From Mustelus asterias (lineage: Eukaryota): a stretch of 64,000 bases of DNA. The first letter of the stretch is position 1, and each line of letters begins with the position of its first letter. Location: NCBI RefSeq assembly GCF_964213995.1, contig NC_135813.1, positions 74,772,001-74,836,000 of the forward strand, given 5' to 3'. Shown piece by piece: positions 11,801-26,800 of this stretch. Position numbers and translations under genes: made by a program. The notes under the pieces were generated by a model, which saw only the letters and a program-made list of their open reading frames with translations, was not told the DNA's origin and searched no databases.

Positions 11801-14800
11801 GTACTTTTGATGGTGTAATTTACTTGAACCAAGCAAAACCAAGAATGTAATGGGATGTGTGATACTTTTCTTTTTAGAATGGAGGATCAGTTTGAAGCAC
11901 TTCATGAAAATCCTGATATGTAAGTTAACTTTTTTCTTGAACGTTATTTGATGATGACTAACCACTTGCGATGATCCCTAGAATTAGTTTTATTAATTTC
12001 TTCAAGTGCAGTACCAAATCTATCTTGTGATAGAACAAGGCTTTGGTTTGTGCATTATTAAGATCCGCGACGACCTGAAATTCCTTTTATCAAACAAACT
12101 TTGTGAATTTTATTGTCTTTAAAAATATCCTCTGTAAAGAATTAGAAATATCTCCTGTAAAGAATTGGACAAACAGTTAAACTCAAAGTTTTGTAATGTT
12201 CTTTATTGAAATGAAGTGTTACCTGAAATAATTTTCGTTTTACATTTGTTGATGTGAAGAGAATGCCACGATAGGAATGCTAAATTAGCAATGTTGTCCA
12301 ACGTAGCTGGGGGGGAAAAACGTGGGCATGCTAATGAAATTGGTCTTTTTGTGGTAGTTTGGGGACAGCATAATGTGATTCAATGTTGGAGCATGAGTGC
12401 TCAAGACTTTGCACTAAAGGATGAGCATGAGCCAAATCATGCGTTCAGCTCTTGATTTTTAGTTGACATGTTTTTATTTATACATGGAGGAAATTCATGC
12501 ATGCTGGTCTCTCTTGATGGGTGACTCTAGAGAGCATTAGGTCATATCAGCTTTAGCAATGAAAAGTAAATTGGTCAAGACAGGCTGAAATTTAGGAGTA
12601 ATTTACAAATAAACAAAACTATGAAAAATAAACCTTGAATTGGATAGCTCAAACAATTTCTTTCTGCTCTGTGCTTCAAGGTTTTTAAATAATTTCTCTC
12701 ATTAGGGCTGGTAAATGTGAGTCACAACAACAAGATCCTCCCCCTTCCCACTGCAAGTTGATCTTCAGCTAAGCGCAGGTGTCCTGAACCCTGGCACCAG
12801 GCAGGCAACATAGCCTTCTGGGTTCTCGCTCCTGCTGCTACTACTACTAATAGGCTTTACCACTGCTAGTACCTTATTACTACAGCTAATAAAACCTTAC
12901 TAACAAATTATGAGCATCAGAGATTCTTATTATTTCAATTAGTGTTATACTTAATCCATCTGAATTCCTTAATTTAGGTAAGAGAAAATTGACTCTGTCA
13001 GCTGAGCAGTTCAGTCATTAAGTATTCAGGCAATTACCAGTGAATGCGAGATATGTGACATTGAATTAATGAGTACCTTAAATATTTACACACCAGGAAT
13101 GATTTTATGTAGACTTATAACCTGCACAGTTTGTTCATTTTACAGAATAATTGGCACACCAGGTCGTTTAATGCATGTCGCTGTGGAAATGAACCTAAAG
13201 CTGTACAATGTTGAATACGTGGTCTTTGATGAAGCTGACAGGTAAAATTTATCTCTTTCTATTATTATTGCTGAATGATATTGGTGATTTTAATAATGCA
13301 ACCTAATATCTAAGTTTTAAAGAAACATAGAAACTAGAAGCCGAAGGAGGCCCTTTGAGCCTGCTCTGCCATTCATTTTGATCATGGCTGATCGTCAAAT
13401 TCAATATCCTGATCCCATATCCCTTAATCTGTTTAGCCCCAAGAGCTTTATCTAATTTCTTCTTGAAATCAGACAACATTTTGGCCTCAACTACTTTCTG
13501 TGAGAGTGAATTCCACACATTCACTGCTCTTTGAGTGAAGAAATTTCTCCTCGCCTCCGTTCTAAAAGGTTTATCCTTTATCCTCAAACTACGACCCCTA
13601 GTTCTGGACTCTCCCACCATTGGGAACATCATGGAGCAGTGTCTATATATCGTACTTTTCGTGACTAAAGGACATCTCAAGAACATTATGATCCATGCCG
13701 TTTTATTTAAAATGTAGTCACTATTGTAATTTAGGAACCACAGCAGCCAATTTATGCACTGCAAGGTGTCACAAATAGCAACGAAATAAATGATCAGATC
13801 ATGTCATAGGGTTGGTGAAAGGATAAATGTTGGTAGGACACAACTCTCCTGCTTTACTTTTAATGATGACTTTTAAGGTCATTTTGCACTCACTTGGGAG
13901 GCAGACATGGCTTTGATTTAACATTTCATCACAAAGGCGCAACTGCCGTATTCCCATTTGTAGTTGGGGAACTTTCGATGGTGGCCTAATCTCTTAGAAA
14001 AACTAAGTATTCTTGAAAATTAAATCTCGCAAAAGCAAATTCTCAGCTTAAAGCGTACTAAAATTTATTTAAGCATATAGAACATACAAAAAGACAAAAC
14101 ATTAATCTACTGCCGAAGGGAGGCCTTCAGATTGCCAAGCGGTAGAGTGCCAGAAAGCCTTTCCGAAGATCTAATACTTTGTGCCAAAATTCAATACAAT
14201 TATACCTTTCTCTTCTCTAAGTTTTTCCTGCTAATTAGCTGAATACAATTCTATTTTATTATTGTGTAAATCTTATTATGACAGATTACCTCAGCCAATT
14301 GTGATACGCCACCCGATATCGTGACATTCTATTGGCCTATTCCAATTCCTGATCACCGTCTATTTGGCATAACCCATTTCCTAATCTTTGTGTTAGTAAG
14401 GATGCCATTCCTTGTCTACCTCATCATCGACAAATTGCTAAAGCATAGATAATACCAAGCTTGGGCCCAAAGATTTGATATCGTTTTGTGCTTTGACAAC
14501 ATAGGCATCATTGTTATTAATATGATATGCATAATATACATATATGTATATATTATAATATGTTATATATATATATTATATATAATTTTGTCTCCCGTTC
14601 CGTGCTGTGAATTTGTCTGATCTGAAATTGCCCATGGTTTTCATTCCCCTGTCAATCTAGTTTAAACCCTGCCCAACAGCAGTAGCAAACCTTCTTCCGA
14701 GGCTGTTTGTCCCGGTCCTGTTCAAGTGTAGATTTATACAGATCCTATTCTCCCCAGAACTGGGAGAGAAGGCCATAACTTTTACTTTTTTTTAATCAAA

Positions 14801-17800
14801 TGCGGAGGAACATAGTCATAGGACTGCTAATTAGTTTTTACAACAAGAAAAAAATTATTAAACATGGAAAAAATGGATTACGATGCACTCCACTATTCAC
14901 CCCTGAGCTTAACAATTACACACAGATTTTAAGATGAACACGGGTGACAGTATATTTGAAGCTACATTAGTATTCACACTCAAGTTAATGGCTGTGAATT
15001 TCTCCTCAGAACTCCCTCCAACTGATTGTCACAAGAGTTTCCAAACACTCCCAAAACATGCTTTTTAAAATCGTTTCTTGGAATAATACTTTCATTTAGC
15101 GGTTCGCATTCCAGAATTCCGTCCAGATTTTACAAATGACACTTTTAAACAAAGTTTCTGCACCACTTTTAAGAGCAATTCAATATATAACTGGAAAGCT
15201 AGTATTGGAAGGAAGGCATCAAATTTCTGAGACATTGGGACCAGTTCTGGGGAGAATAGGATCTTTCTAGTTAGAACATCAACTGGGATCGTAACAGTGC
15301 ATTGGCAAAAAGTTCTGTCCTACCTTTATGATTAATTATAGACTATACTGATCATGGAAGCACAATCATGAATCTGGAAAGTTTTGAATATAAAATTACT
15401 GCCACACTAAGATTAATCTGAATAGGGTGACTGTTCTCTCGTACTGCCTGACGTGTAAACATTGGTGAATGACTCTCTTTGTAAATGTGCCAATAGTCAA
15501 TATGTAACATATTTCACAAGGACAAAGTAGAGGATGTAGAGAATAGAAATGTTTGCTAATGGTACAAAACTAAAATCTGCTGTAAACCTTTGTTTTGTGC
15601 CAGGTTGTTCGAGATGGGATTTGCAGAGCACTTGCAAGAGATTATCAGAAGGTTGCCAGACTCCAGACAGACTTTGCTGTTTTCAGCCACATTGCCGAAG
15701 CAACTGGTGGAGTTTGCACGTGCTGGTAAAGGATATTATTGCCTTGCTTTGTTTTTATATAATCTCATTTATTTTAAATGAAAGAGCAAGTTGTTGGCCA
15801 CAATCTAATCTCTGGTTCCAGTGGATGGGCAGTGAGTAACTAAAACATAAAGAACAGGAAAATGCCAGATTCAATTCTAATCTGTGGCATTAACTGACTT
15901 CAGCTGTGGTAATGGTAGGTCGTGCTGTGCTTGTTTATTTTAGGTTAAGGATTGGAGAATCATCCCGGAGTACTATTCTGATTGCTTTCAGTCTCTCCCT
16001 ACTTGAAATACGCCTGTCTGGATGAGCATCTTTTGGATTCAGAGGCAATATTTCTTGTCAGTATCTAGATTGATGAACGGGTGCTGAGTTGATAGAGTGG
16101 CTGGAGCGTATGTAATTGTATCTCAGCAAAGAGCCTTAATTAGAGGAGGAGAGAAAATTGGCATAATAATAGAGGGGCAGAATCTTTTTAGTTTATTTAT
16201 TATTAGTGTCACAAGTAGGCTTCCCCCAGTCACCACACATCTTTTGGACTATGGGAGGCAACCGTAGCACCCAGAGGAAACCCATGCAGACACGGGGAAA
16301 TGTGCAGACTCCGCACAGGCAGTGACCCAAGCCGGGAATCGAACCCAGCTCCCTGGCACTGCGAGGTAGCAGTGCTAACCGCTGTGCCAAAAATGATCGG
16401 TTTTTATTCAATTTCTGGATAAAGAACAGCGTGCAAATGTTAAAATCTAATTGCAGCTATAAATTTTTAGTTTAAAATGTTAGTTAATTTACTGGTACAA
16501 TGTACTTTACACAAGAACGTGCAAGACCGTACAGCCCTATGCGTGAGGTCTTGATTTGATTTGATTTATTATTGTCACATGTATTAATATACAGTGAAAA
16601 ATATTGTTTCTTGTGCGCTATACAGATAAAGCATATCGTACATGGGGAAGGAAAGGAGCGAGTGGAGAGTGTAGTGTTACAGTCATAGCTAGGGTGTAGA
16701 GAAAGATCAACTTAATGCAAGGTAGGTCCATTCAAAAGTCTGATGGCAGCAGGGAAGAAGCTGTTCTTCAGTCGGTTGGTACGTGACCTCAGACATTTGC
16801 ATCTTTTTCCCAGTGGAAGAAGGTGGAAAAGAGTATGTCTGGGTTGTATGCGGCCCTTGATTATGTTGGCTGCTTTTCCGAGGCAGCGGGAAGTGTAGAT
16901 AGTGTCAACGGATGGAAGGCTGGTTTGAGTGATGGACCTTTGTTAACAACTGAAATCTTTATCCATATTTTTGTCTACTCAATAGAACACACACATTTTA
17001 GAATTGTTGTTGAGCAGGCAAACACTGAAATACTGAACTGAAATTATGCCATCATGTGCTTTGTCACTGTTTTTCCCTTGGGTATTTTTATACATTAGCA
17101 CTGCCAAAGTTATGTGTCTCAGAAAATGCCCAAACAATTCAATGGCAAGGTGCATAGTGGTAGTAAGGGTATTTATGTATTTAAACTTCTGCTCAGTCAG
17201 TAGCTCTCAGGTGGAATAAATATATGCTGCATTATATTTCAATGGATTCTGTTTTTTTACATCGAAAATAGTCGTTTACTATCATGTTTAATTTCTGTAT
17301 AATGTAAAAATTTGTATCTGAAATTGAGGAAAAGTAACAGCTAAAGGTTAGTCATGTGTCCCATTGAAAGCCCTAAATGGATCGATTTTAATGAGCCCTC
17401 CCCCCACCCCCTTTTTAATTGTTTTAAGTATTTCTGAGTACGTAAATGGAAGCTTAAATATATGTCAGCAATAAGCTGTTCAAAAATAGTCTATTTGTCA
17501 TTTTCTTGTTAATATGAACTATAATATTTTTATAACTTGTAGTGATCTGTTTTTTGTCTGTAAAGTTTGAAAAGCTACTTAATAAAATAATTTTTAAACA
17601 TGCACCTTTCCAGGTTTGATGGAACCAGTATTAATCCGGTTAGATGTGGACACTAAACTGAATGAGCAGCTACAAGTAAGAAATTTTTTATAATGATATG
17701 CCGTGTAAAATAAAAACAGAGGAAAGAAGTGTGTTTAATCTTTCAAAGTTACACTGTACAGAGTATGGCATTATTAAGTTTAAACTTAGAGCATATCTTT

Positions 17801-20800
17801 GTTGTGGAGAGTTACAGTAAGTACATCTGGTACAGTTATATTGCAACATTCATTTGTCCAAAAGCTAGGCCTGTTACAATTACCTGTTTCTGTAACAGCA
17901 CCAATGATGAAATAGTCATTCTTATCAATTGTAACAATCTGCAATTGAAGAGGATATAAGGAGTTGGTGACAGGATATAGATAGGTTAAGTGAGTGGCCA
18001 AAAACTGGCAGATGGCATATGATATTGGAAAGTGTGAACGTATCCACTTCAACAGAAAAACAGTACAACTAAATGGAGAGTGATCACCAAACTCTGCGGT
18101 ATAGAGGGATGTGGATGCCCAGATACATGAATCGCAAAAGGTTAGTGTGCAGGTACAGGAGGTGATTAGGAAGGCAAATGGCTGTCATGGCAAGGGGAAT
18201 GGAATATAAAAGTAGGAAAGTTTTGCTAGAGTTATACAAGGCTTTGGTGAGATCATTTCAGAAGTACTAAGTCCAAAGGCGATGACCTGGTGGCATTATT
18301 GCTCGACTATTAATCCAGAAACTCATCTAATGTTCTGGGGACCCGGGTTCAAATCTTGCCACAGCAGATGGTGGAATTTGAATTCAATAAAAAAAATCTG
18401 GAATTAAGAATCTACTGATGACCATGAAACCATTGTCGATTGTTGAAAAAATCCATCTGGTTCACTAATGTCCTTCAGGGAAGGAAGAGGATATAATTGC
18501 ATTAGAAGCAATTCAGAAAAGGTTCATTCCACTGATTCCTAGAATGAAGGGATTATCTTGTGAGAGAGGGTTGGGCATGTTAGATCTGTATCCATTGAAG
18601 TTTAGAGGAATGAAAGGTGATCCTAAGGGGTCTTAGCAGGGTGAGAGGATGTTTCCCCTTGTGGGAGAGGCCAGAACAAGGAGACATAATATAAAAATAA
18701 GGGGGGAGATTCTCCCAGCCCGCTGTGCTGCTCTAGTTGGCATCTAGCGATCAAGCTACCCAACGATCGGGAGGCCGGCAGTGCAGGCTAGTGCGCATGC
18801 GCCAATCTTGGTGCTGACAGATCAGCTCATGCACAGTGGCTCGCTCAGCACTATGCGTGAATAGGCCCGGCCCCTGATTTTCACCGTGATTCACACTAGG
18901 GCATTTTGATAGTCCCTCTAAAATAAGCAGTTTTTATGCAAATTTAGCACTTAGAATTTTTGGGGGGTGAATTCCACCCAAGAGGGTCTCCAATTTAAGA
19001 AGGAGGTGAGATTTATTTTCAGAGGGTTGTTAATTCTTTTTAGTAAGAAGTTTAACAACACCAGGTTAAAGTCCAACAGGTTTATTTGGTAGCAAAAGCC
19101 ACACAAGCTTTCGGAGCTGCAAGCCCCTTCTTCAGGTGAGTGGGAATTCTGTTCACAAACAGAGCATATGAAGACACAGACTCAATTTACATGAATAATG
19201 GTTGGAATGCGAATACTTACAACTAATCAAGTCTTTAAGAAACAAAACAATGTGAGTGGAGAGAGCATCAAGACAGGCTAAAAAGATGTGTATTGTCTCC
19301 AGACAAGACAGCCAGTGAAACTCTGCAGGTCCACCCAACTGTGGACCTGCAGAGTTACAAATAGTGTGACATGAACCCAATATCCCGGTTGAGGCCGTCC
19401 TCGTGTGTGCGGAACTTGGCTATCTTCTTTTTAGAGCAGTGAAGGTATGGTCATTGAATATTTTTAAGACTGAGTTAGATTGTTGATTAACAAATAAGTT
19501 AGAGGTTATAGGAAGTAGAGAGGAAAGTAGAGTTAAGTGGATTGGCCATACAAAATTGGCCCTTGGTGTCAGGGGGATTAGCGGGATAAATATGTGGGGT
19601 TACGGAGATAGGGCCTGGTGGGATTGTTGTCAGTGCAGGCTCAATGGGTTGAATGACCTCCCCCTGTACTACAGTGATTCTATGATTCTATTCTAGTTGA
19701 GGCCACAATCAGATCAGCTGTGATCTTATCAAATAGCGGAGCAGGCTTGAGGGTCTGAACAGCCTACTCCTTCACCCAATACATATATTCATAACCTTTT
19801 CAAATGCATTGTGTCTTCTAAATACAAAATGATTTGCAAAATTGTTGTGAATAAATTTATACAAATCTAGATTAAATCTGTTCAGATCTGAATGAAATTT
19901 GAGCTGGTGAGAATTTGATTCGTTATGGGAGGTGATAATTAAAAAGTAACAGTAAATGAGTATAATTTAATTGTTCAGGGAGCTTCAAATTATGTGATTA
20001 AGAATTAGGAAATTTGACTGTCGAGTAGTCTATCTTGTTTTAAGAACTCAGACTTGATCATCTTATTTTAGAATAATAGACAATTAACGTGCATTTCCAT
20101 TAAAACATTATATTTTGTTTTTTACAGTTGGCATTTTTCCACGTGCGGGCCGATGACAAGACAGCTGTTCTGCTTCACTTGTTGAGAAATATCATCAAAC
20201 CTCAAGAACAGACTGTAATTTTTGCTGCTACCAAACATCATGTGGAATACTTAAAGGAGGTTTGTGTCAAATGTGAAGATGTACAAAGTTGTTCAAACTA
20301 AATGGCAACTCTTAGCCAGAAGAACTGCGTTTGTCAAGGATCTCCATTTGGCTTAATTTGACTTTGTTTTAAGCCCCCCCTTTGAATACTAAAACCATGT
20401 TAAATTTCAAAATTGAACAATTATTCTGACAGGTAAAGAATAAAAATTAATTGCACTCCTCTCAATGCACCACCAGAATAGATTGGAGTTAGGAAATTAT
20501 GACATAAATAATGTAAAGAATGCAATTAATGTCCAATACCTTTCTGGTAAGGGTGCAATTACTCATCGTTTGGTCTTTAATACATTGATCCTACTGGCAA
20601 TATATTTTCTTAAATTTGTGTGTTGTCAGAACAAATCTTTTTTTCATATTAACCTACACCCAAAGTAGCCAAAATTGAACCCAGCATCAGAGAATAAATA
20701 ATATTTGGCGTTGGTGCTTGTCATTGTTAACCAATCAATTGCTCTGACGAAGGGTCATCTAGACTCAACGTTGGCTCTATTCTTTCCCCACAGATGCTGT

Positions 20801-23800
20801 CAGGCCTGCTGAGATGTTCCAGCATTTTCTGTTTTTGTTTTAGATTCCAGCATCCGCAGTATTTTGCTTTTATCAATTGTATTGCACGTTTATCTGTCAA
20901 TCTTGAGTTTTAAGCTGCAGTTGTAAAAAAACTAAGTTTTTTTTTAACAGGTCTGAGACAATAGCACCAAAGTATGAAGTCTCAGGCTACAATTCACACC
21001 GTACCCTTTTCCTCATTGCATAAAAAAGGCTCGAAACCAAGCATATAAGTTAACCAGGGCATTATTGGATTGCAAGATTTTTTTTTAAATTATCTTGATG
21101 TTGGATTAGCACAACTCCCAAGTGCTGTTAATGTCACTCATCACTTGGCTTTAGTGTGATTGGATGGCTGATTGGAAGCTGTAGCTTTTTGTGGATGCAA
21201 ACCTGAAGTTAAAATTGATGTAGAAGTGTCACAATATCAGTATCTTCAGCCGCATTAGTATGCTTTTTATAAGTTGGGAAAGGATACTTTCACTCATCAA
21301 TTGCTTCCCTAACAAATCATACATAGAAAATTTTTATTACATGAAGATTATGCGTTATACATCCAGAAATAGACTGACCATACTTTGAAAAATCTGTTTG
21401 TCATTAATAGCTTACTTCCAGCATGTAATAGTTTTGTTTTTGTGGGAAAACATCCTAAGGGTGTACTTGCTTGAACTAATTATTTTTGTTTCTACCAGGT
21501 AATCACCAGTCAAGGTATTGACTGTTCTCACAGCTACAGCGCTCTAGACCAAACAGCAAGAAAAATCAACATTGGGAAATTTGTCCACAGAAAGTGTATG
21601 GTGATGATTGTCACTGACGTCGCAGCTCGTGGTATAGATATTCCCATGTTAGACAATGTCATAAACTACAACTTTCCATCCAAAGCCAAGCTTTTCTTGC
21701 ATAGAGTTGGTAAGCAAGTTATTTAAGATTTCCAAACCTAAGATAATTGACTTGAAATGCTGTTGAGATGGATGGATGGATACACCCTGCAAATTAGGAC
21801 CACCTTGAGGGGTCAGCTGTTCTTTCCTGTTCTTTTTCATAACTATACTGATAAATCTGTGACAAACCCTCCCGATGTGGGTTCACGTTAGTAGGTGGTT
21901 TGCCCTCATAATTATCAATAATCTTGGAGATTTTAAGCAAATGATGTTTTGAATGCAGTTCTTTTCTGATTTAAATCCATTTTATCTTGGATTTTTACCT
22001 TGGACTTTGTGGAATATCAAGTAGTCTTGCATGGGATTTTCTTTGGTTTTAAAACTTTGTGATCTTTTCAGTAGTAATTGTGTTCTGCGAGTTACTTTCA
22101 TAAGCTGTACATCCTCATGAAGTTGTAGTTTGAACTTTTAAGAGGATTCAACTTTGGAAATGTGTTGTTATGTCAATATCTTAAGTACACACGCTTCTAA
22201 ATAGATTTTTGTAGATTTAAATTGTCCAGTAAATTTTATGTTTATTGGAAGCTATTTTAAGATGACATAGTAATGCTGCTCATAAAATAGCAGGGGACAT
22301 ATAAAATTGTTATTTGTGAATCAGGTCGAGTAGCCAGAGCTGGCAGAAGTGGTACCGCTTACTCATTGGTAGCCATGGATGAAATTCCATATGTTTACGA
22401 TTTACATTTGTTTCTTGGACGGCCGCTCAAATTTGCAAGTCAAGATGAGAATTCTGAAGGTAAATATGCATTTTGGGTCATTCGTAAAGTTTGTTTTGCT
22501 TATTTTGAATAAAGCAGAATGCATTTTTTTTTTAAGCGCCAGCAAATCCACCAGATTGTGTGTGGCTTAGACTTCTACATATTATTTATGCCCTCTATTT
22601 CAAACTGCAATTGGGGAAAAAAATCGATTTGTGCTTGTATTATAAAATGTACATCTAGTTTTTCAAGTACTGATTTGGCTAATCCAATGTAAAATATTGA
22701 GCCACGTGTACATCATTGGCACTAAATCATTACCCAACTATAGAATACCATCCAGAACTTGTGACATATAATTAATATTTCTTGCATCCTAACTTTAAGC
22801 TAAACATACCAAATCAAAAATTCCAACTTCATAAAATTTTTGATGTTGATTGACTATTAAATTCTTAGAGTAAAGGTGTACCAAAACATTAAAGTAAAAG
22901 CAAAATACTGTGGATGTTGGAAATCTGAAATTAAAACAGAAAATGCCGGAAAAACTCAGCAGTTCTGGCAGCGTCTGTGGAGAATCATAAAATCCCTACA
23001 GTGCAGTGAGAGGCCATTCGGCCCATTGAGGCTGCACCAACAACAATCCCACCCAGGCCCTAACTCACGTATTTACCCTGCTAATCCCCCTGACACTAAG
23101 GGGTAATTTAGCATGTCCAATTAACCTAACCTGCGCATCTTTGCTGTGTGGGAGGAAACCAGAACTCCTGGAGGAAAGTCACGTGGAGAATGTGCAAACT
23201 CCACACAGACAATGACCCAAGGCTGGAATTGAATCCAGGTCCCTGGCACTGTGAGGCAGCAGTGCTAACCACTGTGCCACCATGCCGGCCATAAAGGAGA
23301 GAAAGATAATTAATATTTTGAATCTGTACGGCACTTCAGCATTCAAGAAGGAGAAATGTGATGGATTTTATGCTATTTAAGAGAGTTGGAGCAAGTGGAG
23401 CTAAAAAAGTCAGGGATAGCTGGGACCTCAGGAGAGATTTGACAATGATGTCATGGACCTCCCCCCACAGGGCCATCTGTCGCTTGTTAAGTTTTACTTT
23501 CACAGAGCGCTGACCCTTAGTTTTGCTATTAACACATTCTGCTATCTTACCTTTATGTCGCTATCAGTCACTTTCGTTTTTAAAACTCCCTTGCCTTTTG
23601 CTCATGACACCTGTGTCAAATCCCTCCTGAGCACCCACCTATCTCTGACCTATTTAACTCCAGCCCCCTCTTAAACAGTACACAATCCATAAAGTTAAAG
23701 TTTATTAATTAGTGTCATAATAGGCTTATATTAACACTACAATTAAGTTACTGTGAAAATCCCCTAGTCGCCACACTCCGGCGCCTGTTCGGGTACACCG

Positions 23801-26800
23801 AGAGAAAATTTAGCATAGCCAATGCGCCTAACCAGCACGTCTTTCGAACTGTGGGAGGAAACCGGAGCACCTGGAGGAAACCCACACAGACACAGGGAGA
23901 ACGTGCGAACTCCACACACACTGACCCAAGCCGGGAATTGAACCTGAGTTCCTGGCGCTGAGAGGCAGCAGTGCTATCACATTTATTCAGAGTTAAAGAG
24001 AGGGAGAAGAGTCATACAGACTCGAAGCAAACTCTGTTCCTGTCTCCACAGATGCTACCAGACCTACTGAGGTTTTCCAGCATTTTCTGTTTTTATTTTA
24101 ATTGAAGAGAAGGAACTGTTATGACCATATCTTTGCAGGAGGTGTCACTGTGAGCTGCTACTAACCACTGTCTCTCTCTGCCACAGACTGAATTTTTAAA
24201 TCTTTCTTTTTGCATATTCAGATACAAATGGAATATACGGCAGGGTACCACAGAATATAATAGATGATGAGGAATCACTGCTTATAGCAGACCATAAAGC
24301 TTCACTGGACCTTCAGAACCTGAAAAGAGTGTCTGAGAATGCTTACACTCAGTACTTGAAGTCAAGGCCAAATCCTTCTCCAGAATCAGTAAAAAGAGTT
24401 AGAGATATGGATTTTTCAACACTGGGCATTCATCCGTCATTTGGTAAGTTAAACATATATTTAAGATTTTAAAATGCTAGCTAGTCACTTTGTGGTGATA
24501 AGAGATACTACAGTCACAAAATACACGTTCTTTGTAAATTTGTAACCTTTTAAAATAAATTGCACGACAAGAAGCTTCAGAATATTGTTACAAAAATTGA
24601 AGCCCTAGAAGATCAAAAATTACAAAACAACTTTTGGAGCTTATATCCCAGGACATTAACTCATCCAAAAGAAAAATGATTGAATATCCCCACTAAACAA
24701 GTTCAATTTGACCTTTGCATCATGTATTCAGTGGTTGGGAACTTACAGCAGAGAGCTTCCTCTTCTATTGTAACTTCTATTTTTCATTTTTAAAACATGT
24801 TGCCAGTAGTGGTGTTTTAGGCAGATATGTCGCAATGATATTTTGAACGAATAAAACTACAAGCTTGATTGTTCTCTTGTTTTTAAGGTATTAACGTAGA
24901 AGATACAGAGCTTCAAAGACTCAAAATTATTAATAGTATCAAAAGCTATAAAGCAAAATCTGTAAGTAAATACTTCTGTTCGTGTTTTTAATCCATTTCA
25001 TGAATGCTTTTAAACCAAGAACTATAGTTTCCTTTTGCAATTTTACAGACCATTTTTGAAGTCAATTCTACAAATAAAACCACTGCAAGTGAGATTATGC
25101 GAGTTCAACGAAGTAAACAGGAACGGGTTATAAGCAAGTTTCAACGATTGAAGGAAGAGAAGCAAGCAGCTGTTTCCAAAAACATGCCAACCCGAATGGA
25201 AGCAGAGCTCCCTGCTGGTCAGGAATCTGATGAAGATAACATTGAGGTTAGTTTTTTTTTAATGTTCATTTCAGGATAGGGAGTTATATACTTATTGAAA
25301 GTAGGGACCATCACAGTCTATCTTGATTTCTGTCCTCCTTTGACATGCTTTAACAGCGGCTATTGGTGGTGATAGTGGTAAGAAAAAATCCACTTTTACT
25401 TTTCGATATTACAGTTAATTATCTTCTGGCTGCCACCCTAGTTGGAGCCGCTAACTCAAGACAGACCAGATTTTGAACCTGGTACCTTCTTGATTTGTTT
25501 GTCTTGGTGCTACAACATGTCACATAACATTTACCCATCTGAGCCTCACTTATTGAGTATAGAAGGACAGGGAGGATTTACCTAATGATTACCTTAGCTA
25601 TGGCTAAGTTTAACTGGAAGGGCTGCAAGTACCTTTTCGCATTTGATGTGAAACGTTTTAAAAACATTGAAGGTCTTGTTTTTTAGAAGCTGTGTCCCCT
25701 AAAGAGCATTTTGAGTACATTTATAAAATTAGCCTGTGATGTCCATTCACATTCTGCTTTTAGAATTGATGCCTAATATGTGCATTTGGACTGTTCTGCA
25801 TATCGTAATCTTAATCTGTCATATGTTTACATATAAAATGTGGCAGTTCAAAATAGATTTTTTAATATTCTTCGGATGTAGTGTTGTGGACAGGACAAGT
25901 ACTTCTTGCCCATCCTTTGATCTTGAGATGGTGGTAGCGAGCTGTCCTCTTTAACCCACAGGCTGGAAGTATCCGATCGTTCACACCCTGCCGCTGCTGC
26001 CAGTGAGAACGGAGAATTTGGCATTCAGCCAAATCTCCATTCACTAGAGCAGAACTGGAGAATCCCAGCTGCAGGTGAATTCGGAGGATCCGACTCAGCC
26101 TCTGTGGTTATGGATACATCCGCAGTTCAAAGCAGTGCCAGCAGTTTTGTCAAAGATGATGTTTGTTACTTAATGTATCTTCTTTCTGTGATTTTGTTCT
26201 ATATTGTTAATTGTTCACGTATTTTATATGACAGACTGTATTCTCTGAAGTTAGAGGGCGAAAGAGGAAAAATCCGCAATCAGCAGATCATTTTTCCAAA
26301 AAGAAGAAAGAAGGTACGAGGGATCAGGAATTTTATATCCCCTACCGACCAAAGGACTTCAATTCTGAAAGAGGGTAACTACCTATCAGCTTCTAACCTA
26401 CAGTTCTGATAACTTTTCTTAACTGGAATGCACCACTGTATCAATTGCCTTTTTACTGTGTTTCTAATTCTGCTATCAAAAACTGATAATAGTCGTTTGG
26501 CATTAGTTAAGCCTTTGGGTGATTAGTGGTGGAACAAGTTGATTGACTATGTTGGAAGATGGAATATGTCAGAAATATAAGCGAAAGCAGATGCGGCGGT
26601 AATTTCCAAAAATAAATTCTTGAAGGGTGAAAAGATTTTCAGGGCAATTTAGAGAGAACCACATAGTGATAATTGGGTAATTCTTCCAACAAGCACATGA
26701 GTTGAATGGCAGCCTTCAGTGCTGTATTATTCTATGATTTTTTAAATGTAATTTTTTGAGATTGTATGGTGCCATAAAGTTCTTAGCATTGATCCACATA

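Larger units (their letters stand above)
17935..19790 (+). mobile_element. Degraded CR1 3' region with nested SINE (18278-18487), MITE (18702-18979), PLE (19042-19424) and V-SINE fragment (19535-19695)
   Basis: The CR1-like sequence resumes across each insertion. Confidence 0.7.
22893..24095. mobile_element. Old family B fold-back element interrupted by two V-SINEs (22984-23290 and 23692-23977)
   Basis: Left end aaagcaaaatactgtggatgttggaaatctg...acagaaaatg mirrors right end ...cattttctgttttt. The internal segments (gagatttgacaatgatgtcatg / catgacacctgtgtcaaatc) are also inverted. Confidence 0.7.

Noticed and set aside
21497-21504. AG|GTAATC at the start of DDX54 exon 11 as a recursive splice site
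   Set aside because: Explained by the Val-Ile codons. The upstream intron is only ~1.2 kb and there is no other support.
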